Shown here piece after piece: positions 55,962 through 64,000 of a stretch of 64,000 bases of DNA. The stretch lies in the IMG/VR virus record IMGVR_UViG_3300017991_000049, positions 64,001 to 128,000 of that record, one strand, 5' to 3'. A program made the position numbers and the translations under genes. Position 1 is the stretch's first letter. Each line of letters begins with the position of its first letter. The notes under the pieces were generated by a model, which saw only the letters and a list, made by a program, of their open reading frames with translations, was not told the origin of the DNA and made no database searches. Source of the DNA: a virus.

Positions 55962-56849
55962 CTACGGGTGTTCACCGTATCCGCGGCAGTTGGCCTCTTC
56001 GAGGGAAGCGACCAGCTGCTGTGCGCCGTCCTCGCCGACGGAGTCTACAAGCGCTTGGCACTGCATACGCGACAGTGTCGTCGTGGCGACGAGCATATCG
56101 ACCGTGCTCGGCGCCGTGTACTTGTACGCTTCCGGACGCGATTCCGCAATCGCCTTCAACTGCATTGTGACGAAGACGGTTGCATTGATACCCAGGCCGG
56201 CATGCAGCGCGTTGACTGTACTCGACCTAACCCACGGACACAAGTCGCGCAACACGTCATAAAGCGCCTTCGACGCTAGTGCAGGCTGCGGCGCTGCTTC
56301 GCGCATGGCTTCGCTGGCCGCAGCCATATCGTCGACGCCGATGTCCTGTCCGCAGACGTTTACCGTTGCCTTGCACTCAGGCGCCTTACGGGCGCCGGTA
56401 TCAATAGCGGCCAACTCCATCGCAGCGTCCTCGACCTCCTGGGCCAAGTGCCCGTCGGGCCAATCGGACGCAAAGTCGCCCTCGATGACCCTGGCCGGGG
56501 TAACGCCAGTACGCTTCACACGGATCTGCGTCGGATAGTCGGTAGCCGGGTCCTTGAAGAACTCCACCGTGATCCCGCTATCCCGCAGCGTGAAGTCCGT
56601 ACCCCTGCGGAGACCCGTATCGATGGTCTCCCGCAGCACGCGAACGGCTGCCTTTACGTGCTCGTCGATCGCTGCGCGCAGCAGGTCCGGATCGTGGAAC
56701 CACACAGGCTCTTTCGGCAGACGTTCCCACAGGTACGCGGTGTAAAACCCGCGGCCCATCTTGTCGGGATCGTCCTCCGTCACGACAATGACCCATTGGT
56801 CGCGACTGTAGTGACCGCTCGGGCCTCTCTTCAACTCTCGGTCCATCAT
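55962..56849 (-). CDS. Hypothetical protein (295 aa)
   Basis: Complete ORF. Confidence 0.45.
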   Translation of the reverse strand: MMDRELKRGPSGHYSRDQWVIVVTEDDPDKMGRGFYTAYLWERLPKEPVWFHDPDLLRAAIDEHVKAAVRVLRETIDTGLRRGTDFTLRDSGITVEFFKDPATDYPTQIRVKRTGVTPARVIEGDFASDWPDGHLAQEVEDAAMELAAIDTGARKAPECKATVNVCGQDIGVDDMAAASEAMREAAPQPALASKALYDVLRDLCPWVRSSTVNALHAGLGINATVFVTMQLKAIAESRPEAYKYTAPSTVDMLVATTTLSRMQCQALVDSVGEDGAQQLVASLEEANCRGYGEHP

Positions 56850-57247
56850 TCACTTCCTTTCAGTAACAGGTAGATGACGCCCACGTGGAGCGTCGTTTGG
56901 ACAAACGAACTACCGAAATACTTCCGGTGCTTGAAGAACCGGTCTCGCTGGTGTCCTTGCCAAAAGGACCCCAGCTGAGAAGTTCTTTTGGCACCACCGT
57001 ACTGCTTCAACATATCGCGCACACGCGCTCGAGAATGACCAGCTTCCAGCAATGCTGCGGCGCAGGTAAGCACCGTAGCGTCGAACAGTGACAGTAATCT
57101 TGCGCTGCCTCGACCAGCCCGTGAGGCCCGCAGGCCCTCTACGAGGTCGTGGTCGAGTGCGTAGCGCAATGTTCGCAAAGGTAGATCTGTACGTTCGGCG
57201 ATCGCCGCTAGGTCTAGCTTTTTGATCACATGATCAACTTTGGTCAC
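56846..57247 (-). CDS. Putative HTH DNA-binding protein (133 aa)
   Basis: LDLAAIAERTDLPLRTLRYALDH resembles a MerR or excisionase-like HTH. Confidence 0.4.
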   Translation of the reverse strand: MTKVDHVIKKLDLAAIAERTDLPLRTLRYALDHDLVEGLRASRAGRGSARLLSLFDATVLTCAAALLEAGHSRARVRDMLKQYGGAKRTSQLGSFWQGHQRDRFFKHRKYFGSSFVQTTLHVGVIYLLLKGSE

Positions 57248-57277
57248 CGGTATCCTCCTGCAAGTATGATAGCACTA

Positions 57278-58285
57278 TCAGCTATCTTGAACAACCCCCT
57301 CTTGAGAAGATTCGTCATTTTCGGCGTCTTTTAGCCGAATGTTCCGCGGAGCCCGGTTCTCAATGGGGGGTAGGTCAGGGCCGGCCGCGGTAACGATCTC
57401 ATTGTCCGCCATCACGGCGTCGTAGCTGTCGGACGACCAGTTGCCAAACATCCGTTGCTCAGCCCGACGCCGGTTCGCCAGCTGTTGATACGCTGATTCG
57501 TACGTAGCGCACGCTGGACTGTAGGATGGCTGCGGGTCTTCCAGCCGATGCGCGCCGCCAACCAGCCGTCCCATGCTCGTAACGTAGGGTTCATGCCCTG
57601 CAGCGTATTCGACAACTACGATGTTATCGAGGCGCTGCAGCACACGGCACATACCCCAAGCGACAGCGTCTCTGGAACGAAACTCCGCAGCGTTTATGGC
57701 CTGATGCCTGTCGTCGTAGATGAGATCCGTGTCTTGCCAGTCCTCGTCCTGATGACGGTTCTGCACCATGTAGGACACACGCGGCGATACAGGTGGGTTA
57801 CTCGGAAGGGCGCCCATAGCTACCTCCAGATCAGAACGGCCATCCGGATAGCGCCGGTTGGCTATGTCGTCGTCCGAACGCACCATCGTCACAGAGTCGT
57901 CGTAATGGCCGAGTCGGCGCGCAGTCTCGGCGGCCGCCACCATCCCTTCCGTCGGTATTGGCTCTACGGTCTCGTAGTGATCCAACAAGCCACCAGGCGC
58001 AGGCACGCCAGTGATCGTTTCGACCGGCTCTACGTTCACCACCTTGTTATTGGCGATGACCATACGATAGCGCGGATGGCCGGCAGGAAACTCGACCAGG
58101 ACCCGCGCATCGCGATCGATCACGCGGCAAGCAATACGCTCATCACGCGAGCGCCATTCGGCGTCGCGCGCTGCGTTACCCAGGTCAGCATATTCCACAC
58201 CACTGCCCCAATCGTTCCCATCGCGGGCACGGTGCTGCACCCAAAACTTATTGGGCTTCTCCCGCCTACGAAACGGCCATACCAT
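57278..58285 (-). CDS. Hypothetical protein (335 aa)
   Basis: Complete ORF. Confidence 0.45.
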   Translation of the reverse strand: MVWPFRRREKPNKFWVQHRARDGNDWGSGVEYADLGNAARDAEWRSRDERIACRVIDRDARVLVEFPAGHPRYRMVIANNKVVNVEPVETITGVPAPGGLLDHYETVEPIPTEGMVAAAETARRLGHYDDSVTMVRSDDDIANRRYPDGRSDLEVAMGALPSNPPVSPRVSYMVQNRHQDEDWQDTDLIYDDRHQAINAAEFRSRDAVAWGMCRVLQRLDNIVVVEYAAGHEPYVTSMGRLVGGAHRLEDPQPSYSPACATYESAYQQLANRRRAEQRMFGNWSSDSYDAVMADNEIVTAAGPDLPPIENRAPRNIRLKDAENDESSQEGVVQDS

Positions 58286-58937
58286 CGAAGCGTTCCTCTG
58301 GTCGCGCTATGTCCACGTGCTCCAAGCAGATGCGGGACCACAGCTCGAAATCGTCCATCGCGGCTACCAGCAAGTCCTTCGTACGCCAGTCCAGCTCGAC
58401 GATGTCGTCTTCGTTGGATTGACAGTCGGTAGCGGCGCCAAGGTGCAGCACATGCACCACGCCCAGATGTACCTGCCCTACGGGCGTTTGGTCCTCGTGG
58501 ACAAGCCCGACAGTGCGCATGGTCCAGACAGGCGGCTGGGGCTTGAATTGCAGCTCCTCCGTCAGCTCGCGCAGCATGCCGCGGATATACATGTCGGACA
58601 TGAACTCGTTGCGCTCAGCGAGACGGCCCAGCTGCGAATACGCGAGATCGCACGGGTTGATGTGCCCGCCGATGCCGATCGAGCGCTTGCCGTGCAGCCG
58701 CTTCTCGCCTTGCCCGCCGCCGCGCCAGTAATTCATGAGGCGCTGGCCGCGTTCCACGATGATGTAGGGGATCAGCTGCTTGAAGCTGGAATCCTCTTCT
58801 ACTGCGTCGCGCGGTTGGAACGACTGGTTGCTCTCTGCGAACAGCGGCGTGTAGTTGCTGCTGAGCGGCATGAAGCCGTTGAAGTAACCGCACTCACGAA
58901 ACAGGGGTGTGCCTACGCACAGAACTTCTTCACTCAT
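58266..58937 (-). CDS. Hypothetical hydrolase-like protein with a Nudix-box-like segment (~223 aa)
   Basis: Start re-picked at the ATG at 58935-58937, which has a strong AAGGAG upstream. RELTEELQF resembles the Nudix REUxEExGU box, imperfectly. Confidence 0.4.
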   Translation of the reverse strand: MSEEVLCVGTPLFRECGYFNGFMPLSSNYTPLFAESNQSFQPRDAVEEDSSFKQLIPYIIVERGQRLMNYWRGGGQGEKRLHGKRSIGIGGHINPCDLAYSQLGRLAERNEFMSDMYIRGMLRELTEELQFKPQPPVWTMRTVGLVHEDQTPVGQVHLGVVHVLHLGAATDCQSNEDDIVELDWRTKDLLVAAMDDFELWSRICLEHVDIARPEERFDGMAVS

Positions 58938-58984
58938 TGTGACTCCTTTCACAGAAATATAGCGACTCTGCCCAGACGGGTCAA

Positions 58985-59716
58985 CTAGAACGTCCGGAGC
59001 GGAATGCCACCCATCAGGGCAGCGTGTGTTGAGAATGACGACCAATAAGTCCCTATCAACTCCTTGGTGCGTGCTAACGAGAATAGATCGATTGCCGAGT
59101 CGGCCACAGATGTATGCCGGCCACGTCGTGCGCGCTGCGGGCGCATAGTCTGTTCGCGCCAGATAATACGATCGCCGTAGAGCCGCCGCAGCCACTTCAC
59201 GCTGTCGAAGTTGTCCGAACAGAGCAGGAACTGCGCGTCGGCGTCTTCAGCGACTACGCGATCAAGCTCCTTCTTCAACAGCGGGTCGGACTGACGACAG
59301 TTTGGTAGGTCGGTACGCCGGACATGCAGGCCAATGGCGTCGGCCGGCACGGTCTCCATGAACGCCTCCAGCGTGTCCTCGAACTCTGGCTGCAGCCGTA
59401 GCGCACGCGCCCGTGCTGTGGCAATAGTCATGAATTCGTCGTGGGGGATCTCCAGTTGCGTCCTGTTGTACCATTCGACGATGTGCGTCGAGCGTTCTCC
59501 TACGAACTCGCGGATGCGCTTGTACTTACGCCCATCACGCCGAGACGGCATGATCGCGCAGGTGTCTGGCACGAATACGTCAGCGAACGTGGAGCTACAC
59601 GCCGCATGTCGGTTCCAGTGCACCAGAAACGACAAGCCGTAGTAGTCGGCAATCGCCCCAATGCCGGTCCAACCACGCAGCCTGTTGCACAGGCCGCTCT
59701 GCGTGCAGTGCTGCAT
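58985..59716 (-). CDS. GT11-like alpha-1,2-fucosyltransferase family glycosyltransferase (~243 aa; internal start)
   Basis: IGLHVRRTDL matches the GT11 HxRRGD motif. YWSSFSTHAALMGG matches the C-terminal SxFSxxAA motif. The ORF-track N-terminus is Arg-rich artifact overlapping the upstream gene. Confidence 0.55.
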   Translation of the reverse strand: MQHCTQSGLCNRLRGWTGIGAIADYYGLSFLVHWNRHAACSSTFADVFVPDTCAIMPSRRDGRKYKRIREFVGERSTHIVEWYNRTQLEIPHDEFMTIATARARALRLQPEFEDTLEAFMETVPADAIGLHVRRTDLPNCRQSDPLLKKELDRVVAEDADAQFLLCSDNFDSVKWLRRLYGDRIIWREQTMRPQRARRGRHTSVADSAIDLFSLARTKELIGTYWSSFSTHAALMGGIPLRTF

Positions 59717-59757
59717 GATAACCGGGAACGTGTGGCGCGTACGTCCAGGCGCCGGAA

Positions 59758-60303
59758 TTATGCCGGTCCTTCGCGGGATAGCTTTTCTGCAAAGCGCCTC
59801 AGCCTGCTTTTTCCAGTTCTGTTTACCCACGGAAATGTCCGATCTGGGACGGGCAGATTTAGAAACGCGCATAGCGGCTCCCATCCGTCGCCGCCGCATA
59901 CGTCGTACACCAGCAGGTCGTCCTGCCGTTCCGCAAAGTGCTTGTAGACAGCTGCTGTGTGCTCGTCCCATTTTCGTCTATGCAGCGCAGGACTGCCTCC
60001 AAATTGCGACATGCGGCTGATGATCCACGGGTCCATGTCTCGGACAGTCAGGATGAACTTGCTGCCCGGGTACGCCGCGTCCAGCTCGCGGAACATGTAG
60101 TTGATCGGCGAGTCACAGAAAGCATTGTACTCCTCGTCGAGAGAGTGCAAAGGCGGCTTTCCGTGTCGCTTGTTCTGCCTGGCAACCGTCTTGACCTTGC
60201 GAGCCCAGTGCAGGCAATTGAAGCCGAGGATGTTCAAGGCCTTCTGCAGCGATGCAGTGCCGGTCTTGTTCATCCCTATACCAAGTATGAGTGATTTGGC
60301 CAC
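59758..60303 (-). CDS. Sulfotransferase-family protein, paralog 1 (181 aa; GTG start)
   Basis: PAPS 5-prime-phosphosulfate-loop-like GIGMNKTGTAS and 3-prime-phosphate motif TVRDMDPWIISRM. The GTG at 60301-60303 overlaps the upstream TAG as TAGTG, giving exactly the same length as the paralog. Confidence 0.6.
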   Translation of the reverse strand: MAKSLILGIGMNKTGTASLQKALNILGFNCLHWARKVKTVARQNKRHGKPPLHSLDEEYNAFCDSPINYMFRELDAAYPGSKFILTVRDMDPWIISRMSQFGGSPALHRRKWDEHTAAVYKHFAERQDDLLVYDVCGGDGWEPLCAFLNLPVPDRTFPWVNRTGKSRLRRFAEKLSREGPA

Positions 60304-60848
60304 TAGGCTAATCCCCTTCTTTTTAGCGCTCGGCGACGGCGACGGCGTAGGTACGGCGTCGTCTTGTTCTTCCACGGGAACGGCTGATCGGGCACAGGCA
60401 CGCCTAAGAACTCGCACAGCGGCACCCAGCCCACGCCGTCGCATAGATGGTACACAAGGATGTCGTCTTCACGGCCCTTGAAGTAGCGTGCCACCGCCTC
60501 GCAGTGGTCGTCCCAGCAGCGAGAGTGGTACTGTCGCGTATCACCGAATTGGATCATACGGCTCTTGATCCAGGCTTCCTTGCTCCGCATCGTGAAGATG
60601 AAACGGCTACCCGGATATGTGATGTCCAATACCTCAAAATGCAGGGGTATGGGGCAGTCGCAGAACGCGCGGTACTCGTCGGTGAGCGAATGCAGTATCG
60701 GCCGCTTGCGCAGCTGATTCTCCTCGATGACCTTGCTGACACGTACTGAGTCGTGTAGGCAAGGAAACCCAAGCACGTCCAGGGCGCGCGTCAGTGACAC
60801 CGTCCCGGTCTTGTTCATCCCTATGCCAAATATGAATGGCTCATCCAT
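60303..60848 (-). CDS. Sulfotransferase-family protein, paralog 2 (181 aa)
   Basis: GIGMNKTGTVS and TMRSKEAWIKSRM, colinear with paralog 1. Confidence 0.65.
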   Translation of the reverse strand: MDEPFIFGIGMNKTGTVSLTRALDVLGFPCLHDSVRVSKVIEENQLRKRPILHSLTDEYRAFCDCPIPLHFEVLDITYPGSRFIFTMRSKEAWIKSRMIQFGDTRQYHSRCWDDHCEAVARYFKGREDDILVYHLCDGVGWVPLCEFLGVPVPDQPFPWKNKTTPYLRRRRRRALKRRGLA

Positions 60849-61584
60849 GATGCTTCCTCGCTGCTTCTTCTAGCGCCGCAGACTCAGCTGGTGATACACG
60901 CCAGCGTTCTGTCTTACGACCTTTCCAGTTACGTCCCAAATGTCCCAAATGCAGCACTGCATAATCAACCCACGGCAGCAGCAGGCGTTTCTCGTCAGCC
61001 CACTCGAGCCCCAGGGCCACATCATACTTGGCCGCAGTGCGGTTTTCACTTATGCCGATTGGACGTGTCGGGTAGTGCCAGAGTTGAAAGTAGCCTTCGA
61101 TACCGATCGGGTTGGATGTTGGGCGCTTGCCCCACACCTTGTTCTTACGCACAGCAGGTAGCGGATCAAGCCCTAGAGAATACCAGGACTTCTTGCGTTT
61201 GCACCGCTTCCACTGCGCCTCGGTCTTACAGCTACGACGACGCGCGCTGTAGAGGCACGTCTTGTCCAACTCGTTGAGTCCGACCCTGTCCGGTGGCGGC
61301 GGCATCATCAGGATGTCGGAATCCATAAACAGCAGCCAGCCGTCCGGCTTAGCATAAGCCAGTGCCTCGTTGAGAGCTGCCCCCTTGTTAAACGGCGCGT
61401 TGTATTTGTTCCAAGCGCATGTCTTGAAGCACTCAGCGCCGCACCGCTTTGCCACCGCTTCCGTCGATCCGTCCGTCAGGCTCGTAGCCACTACCACGCG
61501 CCCGTAACGTACCGCCTCCGGCAGCGTCAACGCTAGGAAGTCGCTGTAGTCGACGCTCGTCATTATGATGGTGAGCTGTGGCAT
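60841..61584 (-). CDS. GT-A fold glycosyltransferase (247 aa)
   Basis: N-terminal LTIIMTSVDY is a Rossmann beta-strand. LLFMDSDILM is a DxD motif. Confidence 0.5.
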   Translation of the reverse strand: MPQLTIIMTSVDYSDFLALTLPEAVRYGRVVVATSLTDGSTEAVAKRCGAECFKTCAWNKYNAPFNKGAALNEALAYAKPDGWLLFMDSDILMMPPPPDRVGLNELDKTCLYSARRRSCKTEAQWKRCKRKKSWYSLGLDPLPAVRKNKVWGKRPTSNPIGIEGYFQLWHYPTRPIGISENRTAAKYDVALGLEWADEKRLLLPWVDYAVLHLGHLGRNWKGRKTERWRVSPAESAALEEAARKHHG

Positions 61585-61587
61585 ACG

Positions 61588-62241
61588 TCATTTGGCTTTA
61601 CGGATCATCTTCTTGTGCCAGCCGCTCATGAAGGACCGACGCCGGTACTTCCCGCGCAGCTCGGAAAAGCCGTCTTGCTGACCTACGATCATCTTCTTGG
61701 CCACCAGGCACAGCGACTTGGGCTGCACCTTGTAAGCGTACCAGCGATCGATCGGCTGGGTCGCCACGCAGTACGCCGGGAACAGCGAACGGTGTACAGC
61801 ATAGGCGTGCCCGCACAGGTAGCCGCCGCGTAGCTGACACAGGTGTTTGCTGAAATCGCGCGCACCCGTGGGTATGTTCACGCGGCGCTGTGACGGATAG
61901 CCGCCCATGTAGAACAGCCGCCAATCCGTCTGCGACAGCTCATGGATAACGCCGGCCATCTCGGAGGTATCGAGCACCTTGATATCGTCCTCGAAGATAA
62001 GGACGTTGTCCAGATCTTCTTCCATCGCCCAGTTAGCGCAGGCGACGTGGGACCGGTAACACCCGCGTTCGGGGTCTTCCGGGTCTTCGATTGCAGAGAA
62101 GCGCTCCACGCGGTGCGCTATACCCATCTTCTCGAACTCGGCCTGGGCCTGCTCCCAGCGATCGGTGTGGCTGTCCAGGTTGATACAGAGAATACGATCG
62201 AAGTATCCGCACGGGTTCAGCCCGTCGAATTCCTTAGTCAT
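61588..62241 (-). CDS. Glycosyltransferase family 25-like protein (217 aa)
   Basis: ILCINLDSHTDRWE matches the GT25 (LPS beta-1,4-galactosyltransferase-like) N-terminal xVINLxRRxDR motif. DDIKV is a DxD motif. Confidence 0.55.
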   Translation of the reverse strand: MTKEFDGLNPCGYFDRILCINLDSHTDRWEQAQAEFEKMGIAHRVERFSAIEDPEDPERGCYRSHVACANWAMEEDLDNVLIFEDDIKVLDTSEMAGVIHELSQTDWRLFYMGGYPSQRRVNIPTGARDFSKHLCQLRGGYLCGHAYAVHRSLFPAYCVATQPIDRWYAYKVQPKSLCLVAKKMIVGQQDGFSELRGKYRRRSFMSGWHKKMIRKAK

Positions 62242-63056
62242 TTGAAGCTCCTAACGGTTGCGGCCAGTGGAAACGGGCCTCTGGCAGAGAAGTCGACTCT
62301 GCCCTTTGAGTGCCACCGTGTCCAGCGCCACGACGGCCGAACTAGTGAAGCTAGGCCGATGTGCTGGCACACCGCTGGGTGCATCCGATAGATGTCGCAC
62401 GCGCTACGGACGTGCGCGCAGAACTTGTTGTCGAAGCCCATACGCATGTTATGGCGTCGACTGGCCCAAGGGAGCACTGCTTTGATGCCTTCGGGCGTGA
62501 CGTAGTAGCACTGCGCCGTGACGCCACCATGCGGCACGTACGTCATCGGGCTGCGCTTCTGCGAATTCTTCTTGTTGATCCAACATCCGGCAACAAGACC
62601 GACAGGACGTCGATTTGGTTCAGGCTCTTGCGCTGCAGTCGTCATACGCGCCATCCAGTCCGCGTTGAACACTACGTCGTCCTGCATAATTATAATGCCG
62701 TGATCACGCCCGAAACTTTCGACCATCCGGCAGAACGCCTGACAGGATGCGTTCACCACGCCGGACGGGCCACGGCCCAGGCGGATGACCCGGACCTTGC
62801 CGTCCAAACCCGGGCTCTTGTTCCGCGAACGCACCTGATCTAGGTCCATATCGCGCCACCGCTGCGACCTCGGCCACGATGCGCCTACAAACACCGGCTT
62901 GTCCGTGTACAGGTAATCCTTTGTGGACTGCTGGTTGCTGGCATCGTCAAAGACAACTACCTGCTGGTCAGCAGGTAGGTCAGATGCGCTAAGCGAACGC
63001 AGCGTCACATCGAGCATGGTGTGACGGTTACGTGTTACAATCCCGATCGGAATCAT
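62238..63056 (-). CDS. Glycosyltransferase family 2-like protein (272 aa)
   Basis: IGIVTRNRHTML...VVVFDDASN is the classic GT2 N-terminus. MQDD is a DxD motif. Confidence 0.55.
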   Translation of the reverse strand: MIPIGIVTRNRHTMLDVTLRSLSASDLPADQQVVVFDDASNQQSTKDYLYTDKPVFVGASWPRSQRWRDMDLDQVRSRNKSPGLDGKVRVIRLGRGPSGVVNASCQAFCRMVESFGRDHGIIIMQDDVVFNADWMARMTTAAQEPEPNRRPVGLVAGCWINKKNSQKRSPMTYVPHGGVTAQCYYVTPEGIKAVLPWASRRHNMRMGFDNKFCAHVRSACDIYRMHPAVCQHIGLASLVRPSWRWTRWHSKGRVDFSARGPFPLAATVRSFK

Positions 63057-64000
63057 GCCCAGTCCTTGATATACGGCTCGACGGCTATCAGATCAGGCCG
63101 CTGTTCGACAGCCTGGTCGCGTGATGCCTTATCATAGAAGATTCGCAGCACGTAACCACCCCAACCAGAGCCACAGTATCGATGGCAGATCTGTCCAGGC
63201 ATAGACGTCAGTGGCGCCATCCCTTCGTCCAGTTGCATCTCGTGCGTGAGCGCAACGCCCTCCGCTAGTAGATGCAAATTGTTGTCAGCTACGCCTGCAT
63301 GGGCACGCGCGCCGGCTTCAACTAGCTTGTCGTAGTCTCGTGGCGTATCCACGAGGTCAACCGTGCAATGCGGCTTGCCTGTCCATTCCAGCAGCATTCT
63401 GCCGTTCAGCATCTCCGGATTGCGTTTGAGCACCAGCACGGGATATGCACCGGAGCGCCAGCTGCACAGCCCTGTCTCTTTGATGACAGCAGGGTCTTGC
63501 CAGCCAACACCGCTACGCAGCTCCGCGGCCACCGGGTCTTTACCCTGCAACAGCGCCCAGGCCGCAGAGCCGCCCACACCGCCTCCAGGCTTGTACACAG
63601 GCTTATCCAGGCTCATCATCGGCGTGATCGCGCAGTTCACGATGCAGCCGTCGTCGCGCGCCAACCGAGGCACGTCGAGCCAGCCGCCGGCCAGGTCCAC
63701 CCGCGCGGGACAGCGATCGGGCGCAGCCATTTTGATGCGCAGGTCCGTGGAGCTAACGCTGTCGGGCACCGGTGTCTTCGGAATCTGTACGTACTTGACG
63801 CCGAGCTTGGCGCACAGCTCCTTCTTCTGCGAGACGTACTTGTCATCGACCGTTGCGGCGAGGATGTCGAAGTCGCCCGAGCGCATCGTCAGCTCGAAGT
63901 TCGTCTCAGGCGCCCAGTCGCTGCCGCCGATTACTACGGAGTCGACGAAGTCTATCGAGAGTAGGATGAGCTTCTTGTGCGACGCAGGCAGACAGGGTTC
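63053..64000 (-). CDS. GHMP-family sugar kinase; the reading frame is open upstream to the window edge, so the N-terminus probably lies outside the window
   Basis: GHMP motif KPGGGVGGSAAWA and PARVDLAGGWLDVP. The frame continues stop-free from the ORF-track ATG (63884-63886) up to 64000 (…KKLILLSIDFVDSVVIGGSDWAPETNFELT-MRSG…), suggesting a longer, possibly bifunctional protein. Confidence 0.55.
   Translation of the reverse strand, partial: EPCLPASHKKLILLSIDFVDSVVIGGSDWAPETNFELTMRSGDFDILAATVDDKYVSQKKELCAKLGVKYVQIPKTPVPDSVSSTDLRIKMAAPDRCPARVDLAGGWLDVPRLARDDGCIVNCAITPMMSLDKPVYKPGGGVGGSAAWALLQGKDPVAAELRSGVGWQDPAVIKETGLCSWRSGAYPVLVLKRNPEMLNGRMLLEWTGKPHCTVDLVDTPRDYDKLVEAGARAHAGVADNNLHLLAEGVALTHEMQLDEGMAPLTSMPGQICHRYCGSGWGGYVLRIFYDKASRDQAVEQRPDLIAVEPYIKDWA

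Overview
GC-rich 64-kb window with near-perfect one-strand gene packing: almost every credible gene lies on the minus strand, and many neighbours share overlapping start/stop codons (ATGA, TAATG, TAGTG). The content reads as a large virus or phage-like replicon. From high to low coordinates it contains a glycan fucosylation/sulfation cluster (58-64 kb), nucleotide-metabolism and DNA-repair genes (45-56 kb), transcription genes (32-39 kb) and a virion morphogenesis/structural module (0.4-31.7 kb). Clear calls include thymidylate kinase, an SNase-like nuclease and a 2H-phosphoesterase/pyrophosphatase-like fusion. A LigD-like phosphoesterase+ATP-ligase sits behind a ~880-aa N-terminal extension. 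A multisubunit RNA polymerase is encoded as a beta-beta'(N) fusion plus a separate beta'(C) gene. A sigma-70 family factor sits inside the structural module, followed by an HK97-like capsid candidate with an acidic repeat scaffold-like neighbour and many large structural ORFs. The glycan cluster comprises a GHMP sugar kinase running off the right edge, three GT-A glycosyltransferases, a GT11-like fucosyltransferase, two tandem sulfotransferase paralogs and a remote sugar nucleotidyltransferase-like gene. Two recurring intergenic DNA motifs, including an AT-rich near-palindrome abutting three start codons, look like element-specific regulatory sites. Most plus-strand ORFs in the track are shadow ORFs typical of GC-rich DNA. 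Many ORF-track starts use GTG/TTG, so several starts were re-picked at internal ATGs with Shine-Dalgarno support or at stop/start overlaps. No rRNA, tRNA or CRISPR array was recognised.
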